Shown: positions 49,206 through 62,200, counted from the first letter of the stretch. The stretch: 64,000 bases of DNA from Epiperipatus broadwayi (GCA_028023455.1 JAQFVV010000011.1:5456001-5520000); one strand, 5' to 3'. Notes: generated from the sequence alone by a model not told the origin. Numbers and translations: made by a program.

Positions 49206-51281
49206 GTAATAAAAATGAAAATGTATGTGAATTGTTTAATATGGTAGCAAATTTTTTATCGTAAGTGCCCTTTAAAAATATGTATTAATAATATGAGTCT
49301 CATATCCAAACTTTTATGTACATTCATTTATTTTAATAGACAATCATTTGTTTTCATTTAACTAATAAAAATTACATTAACTAATTTAACTAAAGTAAAT
49401 AACATGCTTGCTTTTTAAATATATATATATATTATTATTATATTGCATATATAAATTAACATATTTTATTTCATTACATCATCATCCAAATTTTGGAGTT
49501 AAACATAGGATTTCTCTATTTGCCAGTAAATGCAATGATTGTTACTAATATAATTTATACATTTAATATATTAATTTCAAGAATTTCCAATCCAGTATTT
49601 TTCATTGGTGACTGAAATAGTATATATTGTACCAGTCGAAATTGTATGTTAATTCAACACGATTCATAGTCTGGGTAAAAGTATCTCAAATCCAACCATA
49701 CGCGAGATCAAAGATCAAGAATATTTATGAATTCTAACCTGTTTACTCACCCTCTAAATCTAACAAACAATTAACAACATTTTCAAGGCAAGCAATTAAT
49801 CTTTTCTAATTCTTGCCGGCAGCAACAACGGTAGAACATGAGCCTCGACTATTTCTAACACTTAATCCTAGCATTTAGTTTAATTACATGTATGCGTGAG
49901 TTGCTGAAGGAATGGTGCGTGTTACCTTGAGTCATCAGATAGCAGCATAACATTTAGATAGAAATGCAAACTTTAAAGTAAAATTAATTAATTCATATAT
50001 ATAGTTTAATAAAAAGCATATCTATAATTCTTTAATATCTCACTATTTATTAACATCAATTTCGATTATATAACTTATATACGCCTCTTGTAAGGGAGCG
50101 GTATAATTTATATGCCAATTTAAAATAGAGGATGAGTAAAGTTCTCTGGTAGACACCAATTCAAGTATGTGCGGGAAGAAAAACAAATATTTAGAAGCAT
50201 TACTTTTTGATTAACTTTCACATAAATAAAATCATTATAAGAGAGAAAATAATTTGATTATGTTTCTAAGAAATGGTTTCGAAGAGAGTGACATGCTTGA
50301 ATGCAAGCAGATCGCGTTAATCGCAAATAAATATGCTAATGATAAATATAAACTAATATGATCAAACCAGTCAAACTGCCATGATGTGCTCAGAGAAATA
50401 GAAAATAATCATATCCTGCATTTGAAATGACATACATAACCAGCACAAACTCAATCTCACTGCCCAGCTTCAGTGACGCAAAGAAATAGAGATGAATGGT
50501 TTGCACAATTTGCAAACCTCAAGATATTTCAGGTGAAAGATCAGGAATCGCCAAGGCTTGCTAAGCTCAGCTTACCTCGGGTCTTCCCAATTTTGTCTTA
50601 CATATCCTGACTTACATTTTTAGCCAGTGAATCTATCATGTGGTATAATTCTGATATAGCAACCAAAATAACAAAACAGGTAATCAAGCAGAGTGCTGGT
50701 GAGGCAAATACAAATACTGGAAAAATATCACTCTTAAAATTACTTTATGAAAATTATACTGAGTCACATAAGATTATATTTATATTATAGTAGATTGACC
50801 AAGATTGGATCTAAACAAATCTAAAATATTATACGAATATCATTTCTTTCTGAGGCAACATGTCTCTCCCTTCATAACAAAATCCTACCAACATTTTAAA
50901 TTTAACATTTCTAAATTCTCTCTTATGCTTTAGCATGGAATAACCTTCTACCCCCTCTTTTTTATTTTTTTTAAAATGGAATAATAAAATTAAAAAGTTC
51001 CACACTTGACCTAGCATCTCCCCCAAAATTAAACCGTCTGTGCATGAAATATGTTTTTAGACTAATAATCGGAAAAATATATATAAGATAAAACCATTTC
51101 ATCTTGACAAAAGAATGCTCTAATTAACAATCATTTAGAACAAAATATTTATTTATTTACCGACAATTGTTGGTCGGGAATTGGGTAGAAAATCATTTAA
51201 TTCATAAGACTTTGTAGAGATGGAACATATTGGCACATAAATAGAATTTGAAATCAGATATTTATAAATCTAAACAATATA

Positions 51282-51586
51282 TATATCTAGGTAATACTTA
51301 TATCAGGCTAAAACTTTAGTACATGTGCCTTGAGTGCTTAACTTTAGCAAGAGAGACCTCTACAAATCATAACGCAAGATTCGACGTCTTATCTTTATAA
51401 AGTCGAATCTTGCGTTATGATTTGTAGAGGTCTCTCTTGCTAAAAGTCGAATCTTGCGTTATGATTTGTAGAGGTCTCTCTTGCTAAAATTAAGCACTCA
51501 AGGTGCATGTACTAAGGTTTTAGCCTTATATAAGTATTACGTGCTGACATTGCACTTAATAAGAATTAATATTTATATCTAGGTAA
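51282..51586 (+). mobile_element. Palindromic insertion: ~105-bp arms, exact 44-bp duplication in the right arm, 33-nt tail, 13-bp TSD
   Basis: Palindrome spans 51291-51540; TATATCTAGGTAA at 51282-51294 and 51574-51586. Confidence 0.85.
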
Positions 51587-51610
51587 GTAATAAATATCTT
51601 TATAGATCAC

Positions 51611-52207
51611 TTTAATAAGAAAATAATATTTATTTCTACAAACGCAGACGGTATTGAAATCAAACTGAGAGAATGCAAACCTCTCAAGTGTTTAGCCAAT
51701 CAGATCACAAATACTGGGACAAAGAATTTAACAAGAAAAGAGTGGTTCCACTCTCTTCTTTACTTGTCTGTCTATATATTCAAGCCAGTCCAAAGTACTT
51801 AGATCTGCAAGCGTGAATCTTAAATATCTTCACACTTAATTCACTGAGTTCTAATTATAAACATACAGCGTGAAATCTTTCGATTTACTACGCAGTAGTT
51901 TTTAGATGTTATAACTTGCAGCAATATATATAAATAATATTTATTTCTAAAAACTACTGCATAGTAAATCAAAAGATTTCACGCTGTATGTTTATAATTA
52001 GAACTCAGTGAGTTAAGTGTGAAGATATTTAAGATTCACGCTTGCAGATCTAAGTACTTTGGACTAGCTTGGATATATAGACAGACAAATAAAGAAGAGA
52101 GTGGTAACTGCTCTTTTGTTGTTAAATTCTTTGTCCCAGTATTTGTGATCTGATTGGCTAAACGCTTGAGAGGTTTGCACTCTCTCAGTTTGATTTTAAT
52201 AAGAAAA
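51611..52207 (-). mobile_element. Palindromic insertion: ~250-bp arms, ~40-bp spacer, 29-nt tail, 13-bp TSD
   Basis: Arms at 51653-51906 and 51946-52200, over 90% identical by eye; TTTAATAAGAAAA at 51611-51623 and 52195-52207. Confidence 0.88.
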
Positions 52208-52359
52208 GTTTTTGCATTAAGAGAGGCATAATTTAAGATAGATTACAGATATATAGCAGTGACATTAAAGTTAAGTTATAGAAAGTCAAGATTACAAAGT
52301 TTAGTTAATACATTATTTTAAATTTAGTTAGGGAGAAATTTCATTTTAGAAGACATTTT

Positions 52360-54097
52360 GGTAATAGTATGAATACTGAACCCCACTGTTTGATGGCGTC
52401 GTTTTTCACAAAATGCACATCAATATACTGTTTTAGCAGCCTTAATTTATGGCTGACACTACAATAGGTGTTTTTTGAGCCATAACAGGCCGCCTGAGGG
52501 CAATGTATTCTACGATTACATAATGAAATACCACGCCCATTGCATTGCGACAGTATTCATCAAGTGAGCACTCTTGAATTCTTGCTACAGTCTGATTTAA
52601 TAGTGGCCATATTTGCAAGAGACTAAACTCTGCAAAAATTCATTGTCGAAATTTTTTTAGAAAGCGTAGTGGAATTAGTATTCCATATTAAGAATTGTCA
52701 TGTCATCACACATGCTTCCCTATGCTTTTGAACTGCACACAACTTGAAAAAGTTCTTCTTTTCAGCAGAGTTGTTTCCGATTTCACGTACAAATGCCCGT
52801 TTACATGTGAATCCGTGTGAGAACTGTAAGGGAAGTTGGCTCAAGGGCTCCAAAATTCCGTTACTTACAGCTTTGAGGCTTCCCTGTTATTTTATTTGCG
52901 TGTTACTTTTGGCATTTTTTTATGCCCCCGAAAATGGTGTTTTTTTTTGTTACTTGTTTTGGTTCACAACTTGTCCAAAGTTTCATTTATTTTAAAGATT
53001 CAATAAATTATTTTATCGGAAATTGTTATTTTTTGTTGTTGTTCACATGATTATAAAGTAGGTAGGTAATATTTGATAAGTTTCATTAACAGTTAATTAA
53101 AGTAGGTAATATTTTATTATACAAAAAAAAAGTGTTTAAGAGTTTACTCAAAGCCCCCCCCCAAAAAAAAAATGTTTGAAAAGAAAATCCAAAAAGAAGT
53201 CGATAATTAAAAATCAAAACAAACCTTCCCTGCCACCCCACCCCATCTCCCCCGGCTTAAAAAAATGTGATCATTAAAAACGAACTGTTTATGTCTTTTT
53301 TTAAAATTAAAGGCCCAAAAATTAATGAAGAACTTTTCATTATCATATAATATAGCTTTCTGTAGTGTAAAGATTTGAAACAAAAAAATAGAAAAGCCTC
53401 ATAATAAATTAACCAAAAAAAAAGACGACAATTGAAAATCAAAACAGCCCCTCTCCCCTCCACCCTCTAAAAAACCAAGTGTTGGTTTATTCAAAAGCAC
53501 CAAATAGTTGAAGTCTTTCAGCAAATCAAAACATCAAACAAAAAAAAAAAAGAAGATAAGTTCAAAGCAAACAACCAACAAAGTATTTGTTATTATATTT
53601 TTGTGTAAACAAACCGACGGAGCATTAATCGATAATTTCAAAGCAAACCAACACCCCTAACACCATCTAAAAACAAATTGTTTGTTTCTTAAAAAAAACG
53701 AACCAAAAAAAATTAATAAAACCGGGTGAAAAAAAAAAACCTTTGGTTTACTATAAGTAATATTATGTAAAGAAACCGATGGACAGTTAGTCGATAATTT
53801 AAAAACAAACCAACACCCCTAGACCAACTAAAAACAAAGTATTTGTTTATTAATAAATGAAAAAAAAAAAACCCCGGGTGAAATAAAAAAAAACCTTTGG
53901 TGGTTTACCGTAATATTATGTAAACCAAACAGACGGGCTGATGATAAAAAAAAAAAACTGTTGAAAAAAAAAAACAAAAAAAATCTTTTACCATAATATT
54001 ATATAAACAAACAGATGACCCGTAAATCGGTATATTGATGTGCATTGGGCAAAAAGAGTGCCATCAAATGGTAGGGTTCAGTATTCATACTATTACT
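52360..54097. mobile_element. Merlin-type element with ~70-bp TIRs, transposase scraps and internal ~125-bp tandem repeats
   Basis: TIR GGTAATAGTATGAATACTGAACCC at 52360 and inverted ending at 54097; 8-bp flanks GACATTTT and GACCTTTC; KGSWLKGSKIPLLTALR at ~52830-52880; repeats at 53560-54020. Confidence 0.75.
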
Positions 54098-55559
54098 GAC
54101 CTTTCTTTGTAGAACAATTAATTACACAATCAACTGGAATTGGAGAATAAATTAGGAGGTTAGAAATGAAAACAATTTAAAAGATATTACCTAATTTATT
54201 CAGTGTCTGCATTTGAAATTTAGGTTCCATGACGGAACGATAATTTGAAGTTGGCTTTCATGAGTTCAGCATAGGAATAGCTAGCTATTGAGTTTTGTTC
54301 AAGAGTTCCACAGTTCGGCAGTCCAAAAATCAAACATTTAACAAAATTTTTTCAACTTCATGGTACTTTTGCGATCATACTTGGGACAACGGAAAATGGG
54401 CAGGTCAGGTTTGTTTATCCCACTGTCATATTACCACACATATATTTTAAAATAAAACTAATGTGGATTGGCCGTGCTGTTTCTCAAACAAACTGACTAA
54501 TCCTTCTTATTGTTCTCCTGGTCTATTTATACCTTTCCAGAGTACTTCTCAAAAATTCCCCTTTTCTTTAGCCCAAGGCAAAACGGATATATTTGATTCA
54601 GGTGATCATAATCATCAATCTAAAATATTTTAGTATTGTCTTCTTAAGATCCATTCTCCCGAAACCCACCAATTTTATTGTTTCAAATCTATTTTAAGTT
54701 TTAACGTAGATTTGAGGAATTTTTCTTAAAAATATCTTTTCTATGATTTATTTTTAATGTAATTAGAAAATCCATTACTACTTTGCTAATGGATTTTCTT
54801 TTGTTTTACACTAAAGAATGTGATCGGGGTCTATCACAAAAGTAAATCTCCACAATAAAATACTCTGACTTTTAAAAAAAATATTTTAAAAATGTATTTC
54901 TTGATTTTTATAATTTCCGTCTATAATTATATATATATATATATGTATCCACGCATATATATATATCTGAGTCCATCCAATATTTATAATCAAAGTTTTA
55001 AATAGAAAATTTTGAGATTTTATTTACTTATTAACTGATCTAGAAATTCAATATATACAAGATGGCAGACGGAAAATTTTATAATCATCGTTACACACAT
55101 GGATCAAGTTCGATCCTAGGTTAGAAATATTAAAAGATGTGAATCATGGATCTGATCTACAGATCCATTGTTTCAATATATATTGGAACAAAAATACCTG
55201 GGAGATATAATCAAGGTTTTTTTTCAACAGCCAAAACATTTTTCTGATCAATGTGTGCCTGTGTAGTATCTCTAGATATCATACATTAAATGACCTTTTT
55301 TTCTACACTGCAATTGTATCCTAGAAATCAGAAAACCTGGTTTTGTTTCCTTTATCAGGTCATGTAGTCTTAAAGCTATTTCTTGTTTGATTAACTTTTA
55401 TTATTATTATTATTATTATTTTCTTCAATTATATTGGATTTTACTGGACAACCATCATAGAATCACTTCCACCCCAAACTATGTTCATTATTAGTGTCCA
55501 CAATGGCAGTATATGTTATTAAGGTATATCCTCAATCCACATAAATTTTATCACTTGTA

Positions 55560-55900
55560 GATCAATTATATAAAAGAATTGCACAACCTTTGAAGAAAAG
55601 TGCATCAACACTTGTGTTCCTTAATAGTGCATTTTACAAAAGAAATGAAAAACTGAGTGAATATATCTTGATAAAGAAAATTGTCTTAGAAACACTCACC
55701 AATGGCCGAAAGGATTACCCCCATTGGACATTTATTCATCTTTTCTTTCTTAGGGCACCATAAAAATTTTTAGTTTATGGAAAGATACTGACTGGACAAA
55801 GCAGACATTTAACTTTTGGTCATTTTAAAGGAATCTTATAGACAAGATCACTGGCATTCTGAATTTATTTATTACTTAATCCTGAACAAAATATTTTCAG
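55560..55900 (+). mobile_element. Possible Tc1/mariner transposase C-terminal relic
   Basis: QWPKGLPPLDI..*GTIKILVY resembles WPPRSPDLTPLDFFLWG.IK..VY; heavily decayed. Confidence 0.35.
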
Positions 55901-56473
55901 ACAGCTATCTGACATAATAATGACAACTTCCCAAAACGAGGGAATTTATTCAGCCTGTGATAAGTGATATTCCATTTTTTTGTATTTAAGCATCTTTTTG
56001 TGACGAGGCTTGCATCCTTATTTTCAATTAGAATAATAGTAATTTAAGGCTTAGATTCAGTTATACTTGATTCCATTTTGAAAAACTCCATCTCTCTTCT
56101 TTTTCTAATATTAGTCCAATATTTGTCCTGAAGAACAAATTTGAGATCTTCATTTTCAGTTATTATATCAGTTTGCTAAAAGAAATGCCTGTACTGGTTA
56201 TTTGTGCTAGTGGTAGGCTTATTCTCATGTTTAAGTAAATATGTGTTAATTGTTGTCCAGTTTAATAGTTAAAGCTGCCTTTTACTTAATACCTATTATG
56301 AAAATTTTACTGAGATTAGCCTTATCCTAGTTACCAATGTACACGTTATTTATTAACCAACTTATCAAATAGAAATAAACATGATACTTCATTTAGAACA
56401 AATCAATTTTGCAGTGCCTTCTGTTGAATGCATTATTTTTTTTATATACTCTCCTCCCTTTTATTATAATCAA

Positions 56474-57275
56474 TTAAAAAAAAATTCTTTCACAGAGCTA
56501 AAACTCTCAATATAGTAGTACCACTCAGTGCAAACCAGAGTAATCTATGGATGCAGGAAGGTTTGTGCATAAAATCCCTATCTAGTGCTTACTCATCCAG
56601 TATCCCCAGACTAGTTTCTAGCTTATGGCTTTCATCAGTGTGGGGCCTTGAATTTGAAAGCACTGCACGTAGATCTTATGCACTGCCCTAGATTTTATGC
56701 ACAAACCTTTCTGCATCCATTGATTACTCTGGCTTGCACTGAGTGGCACTACTGCATGGAGAGTTTTACCTCTGTGAAAAACAGCTTGTGTAAGTTTAAA
56801 GAATTGTAATCATGTGATGTTTGATGGTTTAATACCAATCCTGCCCAATAAGATTATGGTGTCTGTAGTTATCAAAGAGCCAAAGACACCAACAAGTATG
56901 AATGCTGAGCTGAATTCTGATCTATATAACTATACAAACTAATGAGCTTAGCTTGAAAACATTATTGTGTTTTCATTTTGGACTCAAAGCTTTATAGTTA
57001 GCTAACAAAGTAAAAGATGATTGCTGGAGGGTTGTATTAAATCCTAAGATCTAGATGCAGTGTTCTCACATCCAAGGCTTCTCACTGATGAAAGCCTATT
57101 GGATGAATAGGCACTAGATAGGGAATTTATGCACAAATCTTTCTGCTTCCATTGATTACTCTGGCTTGCACTGAGTGGCACTACTGTATGGAGAGTTTTG
57201 TCTCTATGAAAAACAGTTTGCGAAAGCTTAAAGAATTGTGATCATGTGATATTTGATGGTTTTAAAAAGAAATTC
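56474..57275 (+). mobile_element. Family-C hammerhead repeat insertion: inverted fragment plus ~1.35 tandem monomers (period 432), 14-bp TSD
   Basis: CATGTGAT(G/A)TTTGATGGTTT at 56811 and 57243; 56488-56678 is an inverted copy; TTAAAAA(A/G)AAATTC at 56474-56487 and 57262-57275. Confidence 0.8.
56603..56647 (-). ncRNA. Type I hammerhead motif, family C (GUC cleavage site, palindromic ACUAGU stem III)
   Basis: GGCCCCACA CUGAUGA A-AGC-CAUAA-GCU-A GAAA C-UA-GUC UGGGGA; stem II is imperfect. Confidence 0.6.
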
Positions 57276-59119
57276 CTGGGTTATTCGTTAAAAAAAAAAA
57301 AAAAATCTAAAACAAACAAGCCTTAATGGATGATATTTTTCTATCTTCATTTTTGTATTTTTCATTTCTAAATGTTATTATTGATCAGTTAATAGGATTT
57401 TTCATTAAAATTTAATCCAATAAAATCATTAGTTTGGGTCCTTTGTCTTTTCTTAGGATTCCATTCTATCTTTCCTTTAGATATATGTCACAGCACTTCA
57501 ACAAACTTTCTCAAGGAACCATTAATAATTTTTTTAATTTTGTGGTCTGTCTTTATATATATATATTGTGTATTTCTCTTGTGGAGAATAATTGTGGCAA
57601 TTTCTATACTTTCCTTACAAAAACGTTTAATGGATAATAATCTAGGACTTCACTCCTTTTCAGTGATTTTCATTCAGAAAGCATTTAATTATTTCAATCA
57701 TCAAATCTTTATTTAGCATGTGGATTACACATTTCAGTAACACTGACAGATAAATCACACTCTTTTTCTCTTATTCACACTTCTTTCCCAAATAAAAGAA
57801 ATGCCAAATTTCTTCTTTTATCCTCCAGTGACAAAATATCAGTATTGAATATTTAAGCTTTTTTATCCACTACTGATAGTATCTCTTGAGACTCAGGATA
57901 ATAGAGACTTAATATGTCACTTCAAATTCTGTTCAATAGAACTTAAATATTTTGAATTTTTAAATAAAATTAAATTTTAATGCCCTATCAAACTTATGTT
58001 TTTTAAGTTATAGATGACGATGATTCTTTACTCAAGTAGATGTAATATATTTGATGTGCCACAGAGAAAAAAATGGCAGATCGTATACTGAGTAAATATC
58101 CTGCCTTATTATAGACTTCTTGGGTAGTTTCCATTGTGCTTTCTCAGTGGTTTCTGAATCAATTTTACTAGTATTTGTTAACTTTTCCCAGTTTTTCTTT
58201 TGTTATTCATCTTACACTTTCACTTTGCTTGCCCTTTGGTTTATTTATGTACATTTATTTAAGAAAAAAACCCACAAATGCATTAATCATTAATAATCTT
58301 AAAGCATTAATAAATCATAACCAAAATTGATGCTCATCAGATTATATAATCAGTCTTGAGATAGAATAAGATTACTGATGGGTCTCTCCTTTTCAGAGAC
58401 TGCAACAATGCCTGATTTTCTTTTTTTTTCTCAAGAAAATATTTTAAAATAATCTTCTAAAATCACCTATAATAATCAATAGATATCAGATAGCATAAAA
58501 GTAATCAGAATAAATGATTATGCTAGTGAATAGAAAAATGTAAGAGAAAATAATGTGATGACTAACTGATCATGTGATGTCTTAATGATAAAAAAACATG
58601 AGTGAATATAAAAAATATATTCACGGAACATACGCTAAAAGTTGCCTTATATTTTTATCTACTATGTATAAGCCATTGTAAAATTCAATAAAGTTACTGC
58701 TAAAATATTTTTTTCTTCTTAAAATACAGCGATACATCTAGATTTTGTTTTTACAAAAAAAGAAAAAGTTTGAGCTAGAAATTCATTTTCTTCTAGTTAA
58801 AACAATAAGTTTTAACTGAACTTATTTAAACACGTATTCTTAGTTTTAAATAAATAAAAATAATTGGCCTTATTGCTCGAGAGTATTAAAATTATTTTAT
58901 TGATGCGAAGAATCTTTTGTAAATATATATTGAGATTAAAACTTTTTTTAGATGTGTAATTTTAATATTTTACTATTTTTGCAAATAAAAAGGTATTCTG
59001 TTTTTAATCAATGTATACATATATTTTTATTACTGGATTGTTTTGACATTCATTTTACTTTTATTGTCAGAAATTCTAAGTAAAATTGATTTATTTTTGT
59101 TAATATCATTTTCTGTAAG

Positions 59120-59217
59120 GTTCTAATAGAGTCAAGTGCATAGAGGCCGGCTGCAAGACTCCCTGGAAAGTACCTCCTACAGATTTATTTGATAAGATTG
59201 CAAAAAGAAATCAATAA
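59120..59217 (+). CDS. Weak candidate terminal coding exon of unknown product
   Basis: Acceptor-like TCATTTTCTGTAAG, then a GC-richer frame (G)SNRVKCIEAGCKTPWKVPPTDLFDKIAKRNQ*; no partner exons identified. Confidence 0.15.
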
Positions 59218-62200
59218 AGAAAAGACTTAACTTGCTTTTCAATTTTTCTCCAGATAGAATTGCTAAGTTTACAGCTACTAAAAGAATAGTTTAGTAATGA
59301 GTAGGACTTTTAAGGGACTATTTCCAAAGAAATTCATTATTGAAGAAAGTATCCTTTATAAAGTTGCTAATGTCTTAACTATCTTCATCCTTTTTTGTTT
59401 TGTTTAGAAACGATTAGCCAAATCTTTACATTTCTGTAGTCAGCAGCTTGTGGAAACATTTACTCTATTAATTATTTTTAATATAAACAATATTATCTTT
59501 AAAAAGAAAAAAATATTGATAGTATTCACATATGCTTTATTATAAAATATGTCTGTTAAAATTTAAGAGTGGAGTTTGAGTGTAGTAATTCTTAAATTTA
59601 TTTTTATGGAAGTTATGACTGTGTATGTTATGTATATTATTTTATTGATAATAATAATTACTATTTATATTTTGTGTATTATGAAATATACTTATGTATT
59701 GATTTAGAATAAATGTAAATATTAACGATTAACGTTTTGAAGATATGTTTGTTCTTGATACCGTATTGAATTAATGGAACTTCAGTTGAACATATGATCT
59801 TTAGGTAGTTAGTGAGAAGAGGTGTGAGAAGGAACAGGAACAAATTTATTGGTTATAATTAAGGTGAAACTTAATAGAACAACAGTTCCAGTAATATTAT
59901 TCAACTCTAGGGCCCTATCAAATAGTTAAAGGGTAATTTAGAGTTGACTTTACCAACTCCCACACCCTTTTTAGAAAAAGCAACAAACATTTTATCTCTT
60001 ATATGTCAATAATTAATCAATTAAAAATTGAATAATGATGCAATGTCTATTTTGAGTTTATGATGTAACTGCAAAACTATAACAAAAGATTGCAAGCAAA
60101 CTGTCACTGGTGAGAATCAAGCTTTATTGCTTGATTGCTCATTTTTATCTCATATTTGTGTTGCAAGTTTCAATATTTAATAATGCAAAGTAGTGAAGGA
60201 GAAAAAATCCATTATAAGTAGATAAAAATAAATCAGGATGAAACTTCAAAGTACAAGTGAAACAATATACTATATACTACTACAGTTTATGTATATAAAA
60301 AAACAATATTTGAACGATTCATTTTTGTTGCTATTTTCTTGGATAACTATTAAAGATTATTACTAATCATTAAGTTATGTAATTTCTTTAGCCCAGATAT
60401 AAACTTTAAACTCATTAATTAAATCTTAATATAAATAATCATTTAACTCTTACCTCATTATCTCTTACTTCATATCTTCAGTATGCAATATAATTTATAA
60501 ACTCTATACACTCTTAAAACATGCTGAAGTTTTTGTATATACTGAATAGGCCATTTATGAATAGAAAAAGAGGGAGAAGTTTAATAAGTGATGTATTATT
60601 ATTTAATAACTTTAAAATTATTTCTATGAATAAATAATACTTTGTAGCCTAAGAAATTCAAGATGATAGCATTAAGGTGAGTGTATTCCAATAATGATCT
60701 AATTGTAAACTAAATTGCAATACTTTGCTATGCATAAATAGATTGTGATGATGAAGATATGTGTAGACAAGGATTTGGGATAAGTGGTGGTAACTGGTTC
60801 TGTCAGAAATGAATCCGTGGCATTATTAGCTTTTTTTTTCATATATTTTTATCCATATTTATAATTATATATTGGACTATTTTTATCATCTAGTTGAATT
60901 GTTAAATGTTTCTAGAAAAATTCAAACTTTATTTATACTTATCCAATTATATTCAACTTAGTAATAATATCAGTTAAATGTATTTAGAAAAATGTAAATA
61001 ACGTTTAATTTTTTTATAAAAACATTTAACAATTAAACTAGATATTGGAAATAATCCAACACATAATTTACAAATAAAATGCCATTATCACGAACTTTCA
61101 TTCTTTATTCATATATTTTAAGAATGTACAAAATTTGTAAATTTTATTGTATATTAAACCAAAATCTTTAGTTTCAGGATTTTTTTTTATATTTGTGTAT
61201 TTTTGGGTTTTGCTCCTCAATATAAATCCAAATTCTGTTAGGGTATAAAATAAATAGGCAAGTTGCTTATTAATTTATAGGGATGTCTGAATGCCTTTGT
61301 TTCCTTTAATTTTGTTTGCAGTATGTGTATAATATATTTATTATAAAAGATTCAAGATCAGTTGTAAAATTTTAATTTTTTTAAATAATAGATATTTGGA
61401 ATAATGGTATTTAACCTCTATTATAATACTACATCATAGAACACTCATGGTTTAAAATTCCTCTGTTATTTTTTATAAAACTTTTTAAAAACAATTTTCA
61501 TTATTTTTAAAATAATAGTAGTCCTAGCATGATTTTCTATGAGTTGATAAACATTAAATAAATTCCAGAATAAAAACATTAAAATGATAATTATATTTGT
61601 TTATAAGTGAAATGAATGAGATAGTTGTATACATATATATGTGAAAGGAACATTAGAGTTTTCATAAAAATAGATTATTTCATCACTGATAAATATGTAT
61701 TTATTGAAATTTATTTGATGAGTTATACATTTGTTAATATAATATAAGGTTTCATTGATGGAAATATTTTCAAAAATTTCTGAAATTGGATCATTGTGTT
61801 CATTTTTTAGATGTCTGTAAACATGAAGTTACTATTTTCCTAAAAATTCAGTATAGATTATTGGGTAAAATTTATTTATAATTAGAGAACTGATTTCTTA
61901 AATATTTAAGTTTTGTTTTGGAAACAAGTTTGAATGGAGCAAAAATATTTATCTTACTTGATATCAATCTAAATGTAAAAAAAGAGTAGAGAAATTGTTT
62001 GAGGAAATTATTAATTATGGTATGATGAAAAAAGCAGTAAAGTATTGTAACGGTCATATTTGTATATTCGCCAACAAAATCCAGAGTTTTAGCAAACCAT
62101 CCCAAGGCTGATCGAAATGAGGTTGTTGAGACTCCGAATCCAATCTCACCTCAGTTATTTTACTAATACTCAAAGATTTACTATCTTATGGATGACACAT

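Larger units (their letters stand above)
49628..54930 (+). mobile_element. Family-X copy c, apparently split by three nested insertions
   Basis: Starts TGTACCAGTC and is clearly homologous to copies a, b and d over the first ~250 bp. Its continuation at 54106-54930 is inferred from weak similarity to the 3' part of copy b. Confidence 0.45.

Noticed and set aside
50140-50790. Long frame with few stops as a viral or LINE pseudogene
   Set aside because: About 7 stops in ~215 codons is not convincing after six-frame selection; no recognisable motif; lies inside family X.
13190-58345. Other CTGATGA/CTGAAGA matches (e.g. near 13197, 14268, 22360, 26514, 41396, 49934, 58335)
   Set aside because: No paired stem II followed by GAAA and NUH; expected by chance.
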